From Macrostomum lignano (Eukaryota), in assembly GCA_002269645.1 (NCBI GenBank), contig NIVC01002205.1, forward strand, positions 124,001 to 188,000: a stretch of 64,000 bases of DNA, in the 5' to 3' direction. The notes beneath the pieces are model-generated. The model ran no database searches. It worked only from the letters and a program-made list of their open reading frames with translations, and was not told the DNA's origin. The position numbers and the translations under genes were made by a program. Positions 1 through 10,661 of the stretch are shown one piece after another. Within the stretch, counting starts at the first letter, position 1, and every line of letters begins with the position of its first letter.

Positions 1-112
1 CTCGTACTCGTATACTATTATTAATGCAAAGTACGAAGGGTGTTTCAAAAGAAACGAACGACAACGTTTATTTAAAGTAAACTAAAGTTATTTTTTTAAT
101 TACTCTTACAAC

Positions 113-218
113 AAATAGTTTTCTCTGCAATCAAATACTGCATTAATAAAAAATGTTATAATGTGTAGCGGTTCGGGACACCGGTGTGCGAGGTGCGAGT
201 GCGTGTTTTATGGAGATC
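113..218. repeat. Dispersed repeat, copy A (second copy at 22673-22765)
   Basis: aaatagttttctctgcaatcaaatactgcattaataaaaaatgttataatgtgtagcg matches aaatagttttttctgtaatcaaatactgcattgacaaaaatgttataatgtgtagcg at 22673, about 90% over ~58 nt, with weaker similarity beyond. Family not recognised. Confidence 0.7.
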
Positions 219-1708
219 CGTGCTGTTTTTTCTAAGAAGGTAAAAGTAAAAAGTGTATAAAAAGCATATCTAGGTCATTTCGATCAGAAGGAGGATTGGA
301 AGTGCAACGTGCAACGGTTCGTGTCCGAAACAGTTTAGGGCGAAACGACCGTTTACCGATGATGTGATGGCAAACTCTGCATTTGTATCGTTTCAGTTTG
401 CCTGCCTGTAATTTTACATATACTGATTTTGATATAGAAGAATTCACTGTCTATACTTTATAGGTATAGGCCCATGCCCTATGAAGGTTATGAAATTATC
501 AACTTTCCCTTAGGCGGCCTACGCCTGGGTTTATGATTTTATGAAGAGGATACCAGATTACCAGTGCATGTTGCATCTATGTTTTAGGCTTAATAATATT
601 ATTAATAATGCTTACCTGAGTCTAATTCCAGATAAAAAGAAGTTAGTTTTATTTGTTTTTATACATTTTAGAACTAGAAGTACAACTAGGCCAACATAGA
701 ATCTTTTTTTCTAGAGTTAAAGATAAACAATTGTAACTATTTGTATACATTTTTGTCTGAATTAGAATAATTTCAACAAGCCTAAACTGCTAAACAAAAT
801 GAATGATATTTTTTTATCTTTGGTTGAACAATCAATAGTCTTATGATTTCTCAAGATTTTCAAGACCTAAACTCTATACCTAAATGTAAACTTCTGAACT
901 TGTGAAGATTCAAGAATATTGCCATGTTGACTAAGATGGAATTCTTGTACAAAAGTTGTTATGCGTTTGTGTGTGCTTGTCAAATTCATATGCACTTGCG
1001 CACTGAAAAAGAGCCTACTTGCGCGCTCTTAAAGGTGTGTGCGCTCCATCGTATGCACTTGCACAAGAAGCTGTTTGCCACAAAATCACAAATAGGATTT
1101 GACTTTTACATGCATTCAACATGGTTATATGCCATGTGGTATATGCACGGTTCCGGCCGAAGTTGTCATATTCGAGATCGTCATCTGCAGCTTACAAGAA
1201 AAACAACTAAATTATCTAAATCGTCATCATCTCAGTATTGGACAATGCTGCATTAACAAAATCGTCATATTGTGTTGCATTGGCTGCGCAAGGATCTTAG
1301 CTCATGGCGGCAGCGTGTTCTTGTTTGCCAACAAATTAAAAGATTTACATTTTATAACTTAAGGCTTATTCAAACTACCATTAAATGAGCCATCAAAATC
1401 AGTCAAATACAAAGGAATCAAACTAAACGAGCCTTTATAGGCCAGGGAAATAATCTCGATTATGCATGTACATTATGTACCCTGTACAATGTAACAGTGT
1501 ACATTTAGTTTTTTGGTCTCATGTACATGATGTATATGTATATATATATTGCATGAATAAGAGCAGAGATATATGTACATGCATGTGCTTACACTGAATA
1601 TTGAGCACTCCTGCAATGCTTTTACTGCAGCTTAACTTATAAACAGGGGCAATCTCTACTAGTGAGTTGATAAATCGTGAACTGATAAATAAACAATTAC
1701 TGAAGGCT

Positions 1709-1885
1709 ATGTATCCATGCATAGTTTGTCGCAAAGAAGTTCAACCGAAGCAACATGGCTTTCAGTGTGATGGTTGTCAATGCTGGCAACACAGAGTAGG
1801 GTGTTCGTCAGTCAGCCTAAATGAGTACCGCAGACTCTAGGGTACTGTCTTTCATTGGTCTTGCAGTCAGTGTGAGTGCATGGAA
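1709..1885 (+). pseudogene. PHD finger (C4HC3) coding remnant inside the MULE, one in-frame stop at 1838
   Basis: Manual translation: MYPCIVCRKEVQPKQHGFQCDGCQCWQHRVGCSSVSLNEYRRL*GTVFHWSCSQCECM, showing the CxxC..CxxC..H..C..WxCxxC PHD pattern. Confidence 0.8.
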
Positions 1886-2230
1886 GTTACAAAGTACATG
1901 TAACTGTGTGTGTTAAAAACTAGCATTGCTTGATTGCTTTTTTACTATGTATATGTATTTTTTGGACAGGCTCTATTGAACAGCCTGCTGCTCAACTTAA
2001 GGATGCAAATCCAGCACCACTTGAGCAGCCTGACCTTGGCTCATCGTTAATCACTCATCGCTCATTGACGTAAAACGTAAAGGGGGTGCCATTTGTCCGG
2101 GAACAGCGAAACATTAGGGTGTTTGCCCTAATGTCAGGTAAGTCGAAATTGGGAATATATTATTAGTTTATTATTCAAAATTGTAAGATTTCCTGCCTAT
2201 TGTCAGCTACATGTAGCGCGTGCACACATT

Positions 2231-2844
2231 TTGTCCCTCAGGAAAATCTCAGCAAGACTATGCTGCCGTACTGAGGCGTCTCAGTACCGTCTCAGCACTG
2301 TTGTGCCTCAGGTGGCAATTCTTGACTTCGAAGGTGCCATGTGGCAGGCAATTAGTGAAGTATTCCCCACCACAAGGAAACAGGGCTGCCTATTTCATTA
2401 TAGCCAAGCTGTCTGTGGCGCCGGATCCAACTCGATGGTCTGACTCAGGCATTCAGGAGTCACGCACCAACGAAGGACTTCTGTCGACAGCTGATGGCGC
2501 TTCCGCTTCTGCCAGCTGAGCACATGGAGATCGGATTCGGTGACATTATTAGATCCACAAATGATGCCAGGCTGCTCCGGCTAGCAGAATATGTTGAGAC
2601 GACTTGGCTGACACATCCTGTGTGGACCAAGACGAATGTTAGCATTTTTCGGCAGAAAGTGCGCACAAATAATGAAGTAGAAGGCTGGCATCGTCGGCTG
2701 AAGAACAGAGCAGGCCGTGCAAAGCTTCCACTGTATATGCTACTCCAGCTGCTACACAAGGAGGCCAATGTTGCTGCTGTGCAGGCAGAACTGGTAGCTG
2801 AGCATCCGCAGATTCCTACGTGCCTGCAGTCGGCTTCAGCCTGA
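2231..2844 (+). pseudogene. MULE DDE transposase C-terminal remnant, frameshifted
   Basis: ILDFEGAMWQAISEVFPTTRKQGCLFHYSQAV (DFE..CxxH), then MALPLLP..YVETTW..RTNNEVEGWHRRL in another frame. These are typical MULE transposase motifs. Confidence 0.9.
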
Positions 2845-3705
2845 AGGATTGCATTAAGGATTGCAAGCTTTTACTTAAATTTTTTAATTCGTAACATTTT
2901 TATCTACTGAAATTGAAATATGAAATTTGCTTTTAACTTGGAACAAATTTTATTGCATCATCGCGCCTAGCCTTATAAAAATGTCAGCGATACAGTGTAG
3001 TTCATTTTTATCTTTGTGTTTTTACTTAATTGGCCAATAATTGATACTTACATGTATATCAACAAATGAAATATAACTTAAAACTCACGTTCCTTGCTAC
3101 TGCAGGCAGTTCTCTTCGCATAAATTAATTTTGACATTCGTCATCTCTACTGTTTGTTAGCTATATATTAGTCTCAGTAGTCATGCAGCAATCAGCATTA
3201 ATTGAGACAGTTAATATAAAAATTACGGGTGCATGCAAGAGATTTTTGCCTGAAGGTAGGAAAATCCTAAATTAATACACCCTTGCCTTTGGTCAAAGTC
3301 GTCATATTTAAATGTTTAAGTCTTCCAGATTTGTTCAAGTCGTCATCATCATATGACGATTTTGAATATGACGATTTCGGCTGCACCCATATGCACGCTT
3401 AAGTTCTACTTTTCATAGTCCAAGTTGTTTTTATGCTAGAAAATTTCAAAACAAAAGTATAATAAAGAATAATAGTTTTTAGCAAAAGCAGCTAGGCCCT
3501 ACTTTAAAGCTTAGTGAAACTCTTATAATTTTTAAAGAATATTTTTTCTAAAAAATGTAGTGTTCAAGCTACTTTACACTTAAAGTATAACTTTTCTATT
3601 CTATTCTATTTCTATACAACATTGGCATAAAATTGAAAAACTAGAAATTTCACTTTTAGCGCATGGGCCATGATCTACATTATGGCTTATTTTTACAGCT
3701 GGCGT

Positions 3706-4002
3706 CATACATGCGCAACGTCCAAAATTCGGTCGGCCGTGCGACTTAGTTTTAACAAAAATGCGACGTAGTTTTTGGCCAAAAATGCGACTTACATGTA
3801 AAAAAACCCTAAAGCAAAATTAACGCAACTTTGGGTAAACGGCGGGAGTAACTATGACTGTCTTATCAGGCAAAAATGCCTCGTCAGCTACTTAGTACTA
3901 CTGCGTGGGTATTTTTTGGGTGGGCATTTTTGCGACTTCCTTGGTTGGCTGCCAAATCAGTCGGCCGGATCGGCCGACTCGGCCGACTGTTGCGCATGTA
4001 TG
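3706..4002 (+). mobile_element. 297-bp MITE copy 1 carrying a 28S rRNA-derived segment
   Basis: 14-bp TIR catacatgcgcaac...gttgcgcatgtatg. 8-bp TSD gctggcgt at 3698-3705 and 4003-4010. Confidence 0.92.
3833..3896 (+). other. 28S rRNA-like fragment (helix 69-71 region, R2/I-PpoI target) inside the MITE; not a functional rRNA gene
   Basis: gggtaaacggcgggagtaactatgactgtcttatcaggcaaaaatgcctcgtcagctacttagt vs recalled eukaryotic LSU GGGTAAACGGCGGGAGTAACTATGACTCTCTTAAGGTAGCCAAATGCCTCGTCATCTAATTAGT. The first 27 nt are identical. Confidence 0.88.
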
Positions 4003-4438
4003 GCTGGCGTGCATGCTTGTGCACTGCTCCAAAAATGTGCGCATTTTCCCACCTCCAAGCAAGAATTCCATCCTGGCAATGTTGATAGCCAGTCAGTTTT
4101 TTCTTTAGCATTCTTAATCTCACAATGTATTTTATGTAAAAAGTTCTGTTTGACCTTTGTTTTTTAATGTTTTTTTAATATTGTAATTGGGAAATCCCTT
4201 TATAATTGGGAAATTATATCCCTTTATAATCCTTTTATAATTGGGAAATTTCTTAGCTACAATGCATGTACCAATACCATTATAAGAAAGAAACTCTTTT
4301 TTCTTGGTGAGTTAGTAAAAAACTAATAAAAAACTAAGAAAAATGAGTTTTTTCAACATTATCAGTTCTATTCATAAGAATACCAAATTCACAATAGAAG
4401 GTAGAAACAGAAGACTTCCTTTCTAAGACATTGACATT

Positions 4439-4736
4439 CATACATGCGCAACAGTCGGCCGAGTCGGCCGATCCGGCCGACCGATTTGGCGGCCAACCAA
4501 GGAAGTCGCAAAAATGCCCACCCGAAAAAATAATCAAGTAGTAGTACTAAGTAGCTGACGAGGCATATTGGCTTAATAAGACAGTCATAGTTACTCCTGC
4601 CGTTTACCCAAAGTTGCGTTAATTTTGCTTTAGGGTTTTTTTACATGTAAGTCGCATTTTTGGCCAAAAACTACGTCGCATTTTTGTTAAAACTAAGTCG
4701 CATGGCCGACCGAATTTCAGAGGTTGCGCATGTATG
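4439..4736 (-). mobile_element. MITE copy 2, inverted relative to copy 1
   Basis: Same TIRs. 8-bp TSD ttgacatt at 4431-4438 and 4737-4744. Near-identical to the reverse complement of copy 1. Confidence 0.92.
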
Positions 4737-5915
4737 TTGACATTGATACCACCAATGAAACTATTTCTACTATTATATTTAAGAAACCTAGCCTTACTAG
4801 GTTTATGCTTAGGTTTGATGCCCTGTGCCCTAGACAATGGTAAGTTTAATTGGTTTGCTACTTTCTTTACTGGGCCTTTTCCACAATGAAATTGAAATCC
4901 TTACCAACTTGCTTAGCTATAATTGTTACCCTAGGAGCTTTATATTGAAAATTGTTAACTCTTTTCTCAATGATAAACTGACTGACCTACTTAAATGACC
5001 TAATGACCTAACCTGATGACCTAATCAGAAACCTACTTAGATGAAAGTTTGTAAATCCATCTCTGATTGTCCCTTGATCATTTTATCTTTCTTTGGTGTT
5101 TGTTTTATTAAGTTCAAAAAAAGATTGAAAAGCTACTCCATAAAGACTTAATGCTTAAATCTATATTATTTTTTGTATTGAAAAGGTTGCTAAGTTTGTC
5201 TATAATCTGAAATCTAGTGTTTCTCATCCTTTTGTAGTAGGTGTCATATACAAATTTATTTGCTATGAGGACCAAAGTATCTCCTACATTGGAAAAACTA
5301 AACAACACCTATACACAAGGGTCAGAGAGCACTGGCTAAAAAACTCTGCTATTAATGAACACAATTAATGCTAACTTGCAATAGTTGTTGTGATGCTGAC
5401 CCATATAAGATAATGAAGGCTAATGATTTTTGCAATAGAGATCTTATGCTTTGCCTATTAAAATCCCTGTACATTAAAATGAGACAGCCCACATTAAATA
5501 GGGTATAACAGCATGGTGCAGGTTGATCTGCACAATGTATAGGTTATGATCACTATTTTATTTGAGTATGGTAATCATTAGACCCACCCAATGATGATAT
5601 TACTATATTTATGCAATGGGTAACTTAAATGACTGCTATAAAAATAACATAAGCATATTTGATTGCATTACCATTAAAAGTTGTGAGATAAGTGCTGTCA
5701 ATGGCCTAAAGTATGGTGACTTAACTGCCTTTTGTTTGGAAAAAAATATGTTTGTCTACAAACTTTTGGAACAATCCTCGTATATTCTTACAATAGCAAC
5801 AACAAAGTATTTTACTTGCCAATCACAAAGTGGCTAGAAAGGGTAGAGAATATATCTTTGAGCCATAGCCCTAAGAAAGTCACACCCCTAGCTTGGTCTA
5901 AAGTGCCAGCATTAT

Positions 5916-6213
5916 CATACATGTGCAACAGTTGGCCGAGTCGGCCAATCTGGCCAACCAATCTGGTGGCCAACCAAGGAAGTTGCAAAAATGCCCACCT
6001 AAAAAAATAACCAAGTAGTAGTACTAAGTAGCTGACCAGGCATTTTGGCCTAATAAGACAGTCATATAGTTACTCCTGCTGTTTACCCAAAGTTGCATTA
6101 ATTTTGCTTTAGGTTTTTTACATATAAGTCGCATTTTTGGCCAAAAACTACATTGCATTTTTGTTGAAACTAAGTCACATGGCCGACCAAATTTTGGAGG
6201 TTGCGCATGTATG
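5916..6213 (-). mobile_element. MITE copy 3, CpG-decayed
   Basis: catacatgtgcaac...gttgcgcatgtatg. Imperfect TSD cagcatta(t)/cagcattg. Collinear with copy 2. Confidence 0.88.
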
Positions 6214-6239
6214 CAGCATTGGTCAAAAGCCTGTCAAGG

Positions 6240-8960
6240 TATATTGCCATTTGCCCTTGGCCTTGCCTACATAGTCCCTGCATATTGAGCAACAGTATCT
6301 TATGCAGTGGCTCAGAGCAGCAAGCCTCCAACTGGAAGACATGGATAGCCAGTTGAAGTCGCTACTCGCACAGCAAGTAGAAGGCTACATCAGGTGTGTC
6401 CTTGTGTAGAGTGCAGCATTGGTCTCATTGCCTAAACCACTGCACACTTCAAATGTTGCACATAGCATGGACGCATGCGCAGTATCCAATTGCCTCTCCA
6501 AAGTGTCCATCAGGGTCCAGGTCTTGATGTTGTATGACAAGACAGTCTCAACAACTGCCTGAAACAGCCAAGCCTTGAGCCTATCATCTAGGGCCTCAGA
6601 ATAGAGCAAGGAGTGCACAGAACAAAATGTGACCCAGGCCAGTCCTTGTCATCTTACTAGGTTGTTGGCAACATCTGGCATGAGGCCACTGAGGTATAGG
6701 AACCACTGGCAACAGGTAAGCATGATTACCTCCCTGGCAGCATCTTGGTAGTTGATCTTAGCAGGCAGGTTGGAAAACACTGTGAAGTCTACCATATTCT
6801 GTGTGTTCAACATGAGGCCAACTTACAATGCTACTGCCATCAGGCCATCTAGCAGTCCACTGAGCACTTTTAGCAGACAATGATAGCAGCACAAAGTTGT
6901 CTGCTTAATAAAGAAAAAATAGAGAGCTGCTTCTCTGGGTGCTGCTGACTCATGCATATTCTTAGCAGGAAGCTATTATCCATGTTGGGCAGGCTAGTCC
7001 TTAGCACCCAATCCAGTGCCAGCACAAACAGGAAAGGTGCCAGAGTGTCACCCTGCAGCATGCTTGACAATGTGCTAAATTGGTCCAATAGTCAATCTGG
7101 CATCATCACCAAAGCAGTCATAGCCTGGTACATCGCCATGATGGCAGAAATCAGCAGTGTTAGGCAACTTCCATTCCTCTGTTCCTCCGTTACTACTGGA
7201 AGTTACTTTTTTTAGAAGCATTACTACTGGAAGTTACTTTTTTTAGAAGCGTTACTACTGGAAGTTACTTTTTTTAGATAACAGACTTGGTAACGGAAGT
7301 GACTTTTTGTAAGTCCATTACTTTTACAATTTTTACTTTAGTGTTATTTTCTTGTTTTACCTTTTGTGCATATTTCATATTGCATATTTGCCATTGTTTA
7401 TCAGTTTATTATACCATCTCTTTAGTCTTTTTATTTGTATGTTGTTCTATTTTTTCTCTTTTCTGTGACCTTTTTAGATTTTTATATTTTATTTGTATAT
7501 TTTTTTATCTGTTAACTGCATTCAATTTCTTTTTCATTTTTCGTTTTTCGTAGAATCCTTTTCTAGAAATAAAAATCCATATTAGAGTCTGACCTCTGTT
7601 GTCTGCAACTTTGCCGAGAATTCGTTGAGAATTGAAGAATTTGTTGAAAATTCATTGAGAATTTGCTGGGAATTTGAATTCGCCAACTTACACTGTTGTC
7701 TGTTACACATGGCATCATCATCATCGTCATTGATATCCCTAACCCCAAACCCCTAGGAACATTTGGTTCCCTTTTTTGAGCTACAGGAGTCAAAAAAGAC
7801 TCAAAGTGGATTTCAAATGGCAGCTCGTAACTTTCCTGGAAATTAATTTATTTAAACAACAAAAATGCAGGATGGCCACTGAAATAATTTTGTTACTGAT
7901 TAAGTGATTAATAATGAATAATGATCAGTGAATTAGTGATTATAAGGGGTTATAACGCATTTTGTTTAGCATATAGGGATATAGAGGATATAGTACAAGT
8001 AAAAGAATATACAAATAAAAAAGTAACGGAGTACCGGAAGTTACTTTTTGTTAAAGCGTTACAGTAACTTTTACCAGAAGTTACTTTTTGTGGTAATGGA
8101 AGTTACTTTTTTGAGTAACTTGCCCAACACTGGAAATCAGTTGCTTTAGTACATTGTATGCACAAAGCATGAGAGGCAGTGTGCTGCAAACCAACAAGTT
8201 GAAAGCCTTAAAGAAGTCAATAAAGATCACCACAAGACTTGACTGATATATATGCGCCTCCTTAATGATATGGCAAAGGGCTAGGATCTGCATCACTATA
8301 CCATGATGTAGGTGGAACCCATTCTGCTCAGGGTGCAGAAACTTGTCTAGCACAGGCTGCAACCAAGCTAGCAGCACATGGTTAAATAGCTTTTCAGTGC
8401 AGCACATGAGCAAGAACCCCCTGTGTTCCTTTTTCTATGTTGTACCTGGCTTCTTTGGGATTGCAACGATGTGTGCGGTTGTCTACTTGCGGGGGAGGGG
8501 GTGGCACTTCCAGAGAGGACATTGTTCATCCATTGTTCATTGGCCACTTCAGTGGCAACCCTTAAGACTTGCAGCACCTTGATAGGCACCTCATCGGGGG
8601 GTGCAACCCCCTTTCACCTGCCAAGCAAACTGCACTACATCATTGCTAGTTACTGGCTGAGTGCTGAAATCTTCCTGCAATGGCATCATTTCTGGCAGAG
8701 GCAATGGCATGTTGACAATATGAGCAAATAAGTTATGCAGCTTATTTCTATGTGCCTCTAGTATATTGCTGGTCAGATTCAGTACCATCTTCTTCTTGCA
8801 GCTAGTCAGGGCATTGATTGTAGGCCAGATAAGCCAATTCTGTTGGTTGAGCCCTGTAGAGGTAGCACTTCAAATGGCATCATCTACAGCAGCTTGCTGC
8901 TGTCTAGTATAGGCATCTGCCAGGGTTTTCTCAGCCTCGGCTGTTAGTAATTCCTATTAA
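6240..8960 (-). mobile_element. Degenerate non-LTR retrotransposon (RTE-like reverse transcriptase), split by a hAT-type insertion
   Basis: Fragments: LHPEQNGF..IFIDFFKAF (8081-8413), MLQGDTLAPFLFVLALDWVLR (6870-7088), KAWLFQAVVETVLSYNIKTWTL (6385-6618). The frame KQLIS|AIMAMYQ rejoins across the insertion. Confidence 0.88.
7155..8132. mobile_element. Non-autonomous hAT-type element (978 bp) nested in the LINE
   Basis: 8-bp TSD gaaatcag at 7147-7154 and 8133-8140. Termini cagtgttaggcaac / revcomp cagtgttgggcaag. Subterminal ggaagttactttt repeats at both ends. Confidence 0.88.
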
Positions 8961-8982
8961 AAGACCAATAAAAATGCTTTAA

Positions 8983-10325
8983 TACAAAAACACCCAAAAA
9001 AGTTTTGGCAACTGGTCAACTATTAAAAAACAGTAACTGCAAAAAACAACTGAACATGTTATAATCCTTCAATGTAGTCTCCCCCTCTCTCAATGCACTT
9101 TTGGTGCCACTGAATCCATGCTTCAAATGCGCCATGGTACTCAGAAGCAGGTATGGCCTTCAGCTTTGAATTGATGCACTTAGCCAGGTCCTGGCATTGG
9201 TGAAAATTCCATCCTGCCAGCCGTTCAGTCAGCTTGGCGAATACCCAAAAGTTGCAAGGAGCCAAGTCAGGACTGTAGGGTGGGTGGTGGACTGGCAGAT
9301 GGTCTTGATATTGTTGGCTGCCAGAAAGTTGGTCATCAGGGCCGCTGTGTGACTGGACACATTGTCATAGTATAGGTGAACTTGCCTAGCTTGAAGCCAT
9401 AGGAGCAAAGTTGCGTGAAGTGACCCCATGACTTGTGGCAGAACCGTACTGGAGTAGAAGCTAGCATTCACATTCACATTCTGTCCATTAGGCACCATAA
9501 TGACAGCCACAGGCCCAGATGTGCTAATGAAGATGACAAACATCTCCTTCTAGGACCAAAAGCTGGACTGCAAGACAGTTGGCCTCACGTCTCCAGAGCC
9601 CACCTAGGCCTTGTTATGCATTTTCTAGGGCACTTGAAAATAAAAAAACCATTTCTCATCACCTGTAACAATGTTGGAAAGCCTCTGGCTGCCTCCTAGA
9701 CTAAAGTTGCGCAGGAATTCCTGGCTGCACTGCACCCTCTCCCTCTTCTGCTCTTCTGTTAGGAGGTGGGGCACCCAGCTGGTGGTGACCTTGCGGAGGC
9801 CCAGGTGGCTATGTAAGATGGTGTGTGCACTGCCATTGGAAATACTAACAGTCTCACTAATCACAGCGACGGTAATGTTTGGATCCTTGTCCATCAGAGC
9901 CCTGATAGCAGCAATGTTGGCTTCGGTCACAGCTGTGCTGGATCATCCAGACTGGGAGTTGTTGTTCAAGGAGGCCTGTCTGGCATTGATGGACTCTATC
10001 CACCTGGCAACCGTGCGACTAGCTTGGTCCCCGACTACCTGGACCAGGTCTGCATGGATTTTGACCATACTTTCTCCAAGTTGTGAGCGCATGAAAACAT
10101 AAAATTGCCACTGGTCTGGTTGCACTGGCTCCATTTTTGCCAGAGTAGAAAACACCACCTTGCATTGGCCACGCGCAAGTATAACACATTTGAGGGAAAA
10201 AAAGTCATACTCTATGGTTAAAACCAATATATGTTTGCAATTTTGTAGAAAAATTTCAACGCTTTGTGATATGTACTTTTGGAGATATTAGGCCAGTTGC
10301 CAAAACTTTTTGAATGCCCCTCGTA
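8983..10325 (-). mobile_element. Tc1/mariner element with pseudogenised transposase
   Basis: WVPHLLTEEQK, IVTGDEKWF, HPPYSPDLAPCNF-like motif and ..RGGDYIE fragments. TIR caaaaagttttggcaactgg at both ends, right end ...gaatgcccctcgta. ~1.34 kb. Confidence 0.92.
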
Positions 10326-10661
10326 TAAGATAAAACATAGATTAATTGGACAAATTTGACAAAAGTTACGTTGAAAAAAGTTTTATAATTTTTGTAAGAA
10401 TTTTATGACTATGACTATTATAAAAATATTGTTGTTTCATATTTTGAATTTTTCTAAGAAAGAATGCATTTTTATATAAATTTGTGATAATAAATGCATT
10501 CTTCATATAAAAAAGGCTTTTTAGGGCTAATTTTTTTAATTTTAGATTTCACCAAAAAATCCTGTTTTTTACTTTGTTTCACTTTTTTCAAGTGGGGAAA
10601 ATCAAAAACTACAATCTGGCCATATAAGGTTCTAATATAGAATTTTTCAAAGAACAAGATA

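Larger units (their letters stand above)
1150..3388 (+). mobile_element. Mutator-like (MULE) DNA transposon, internally deleted
   Basis: 9-bp TSD atatgcacg at 1141-1149 and 3389-3397. Imperfect ~36-bp TIRs (ggttccggccgaagttgtcatattcgagatcgtcat vs revcomp gggtgcagccgaaatcgtcatattcaaaatcgtcat, 29/36). MULE transposase remnant inside. Confidence 0.9.

Noticed and set aside
3833-3896. rRNA gene
   Set aside because: Only ~64 nt match 28S, embedded in a TIR/TSD element. No flanking rDNA.
4790-5870. Possible transposase remnant on the minus strand (ORF 5114-5308)
   Set aside because: Multiple stops and no diagnostic motif I can name.
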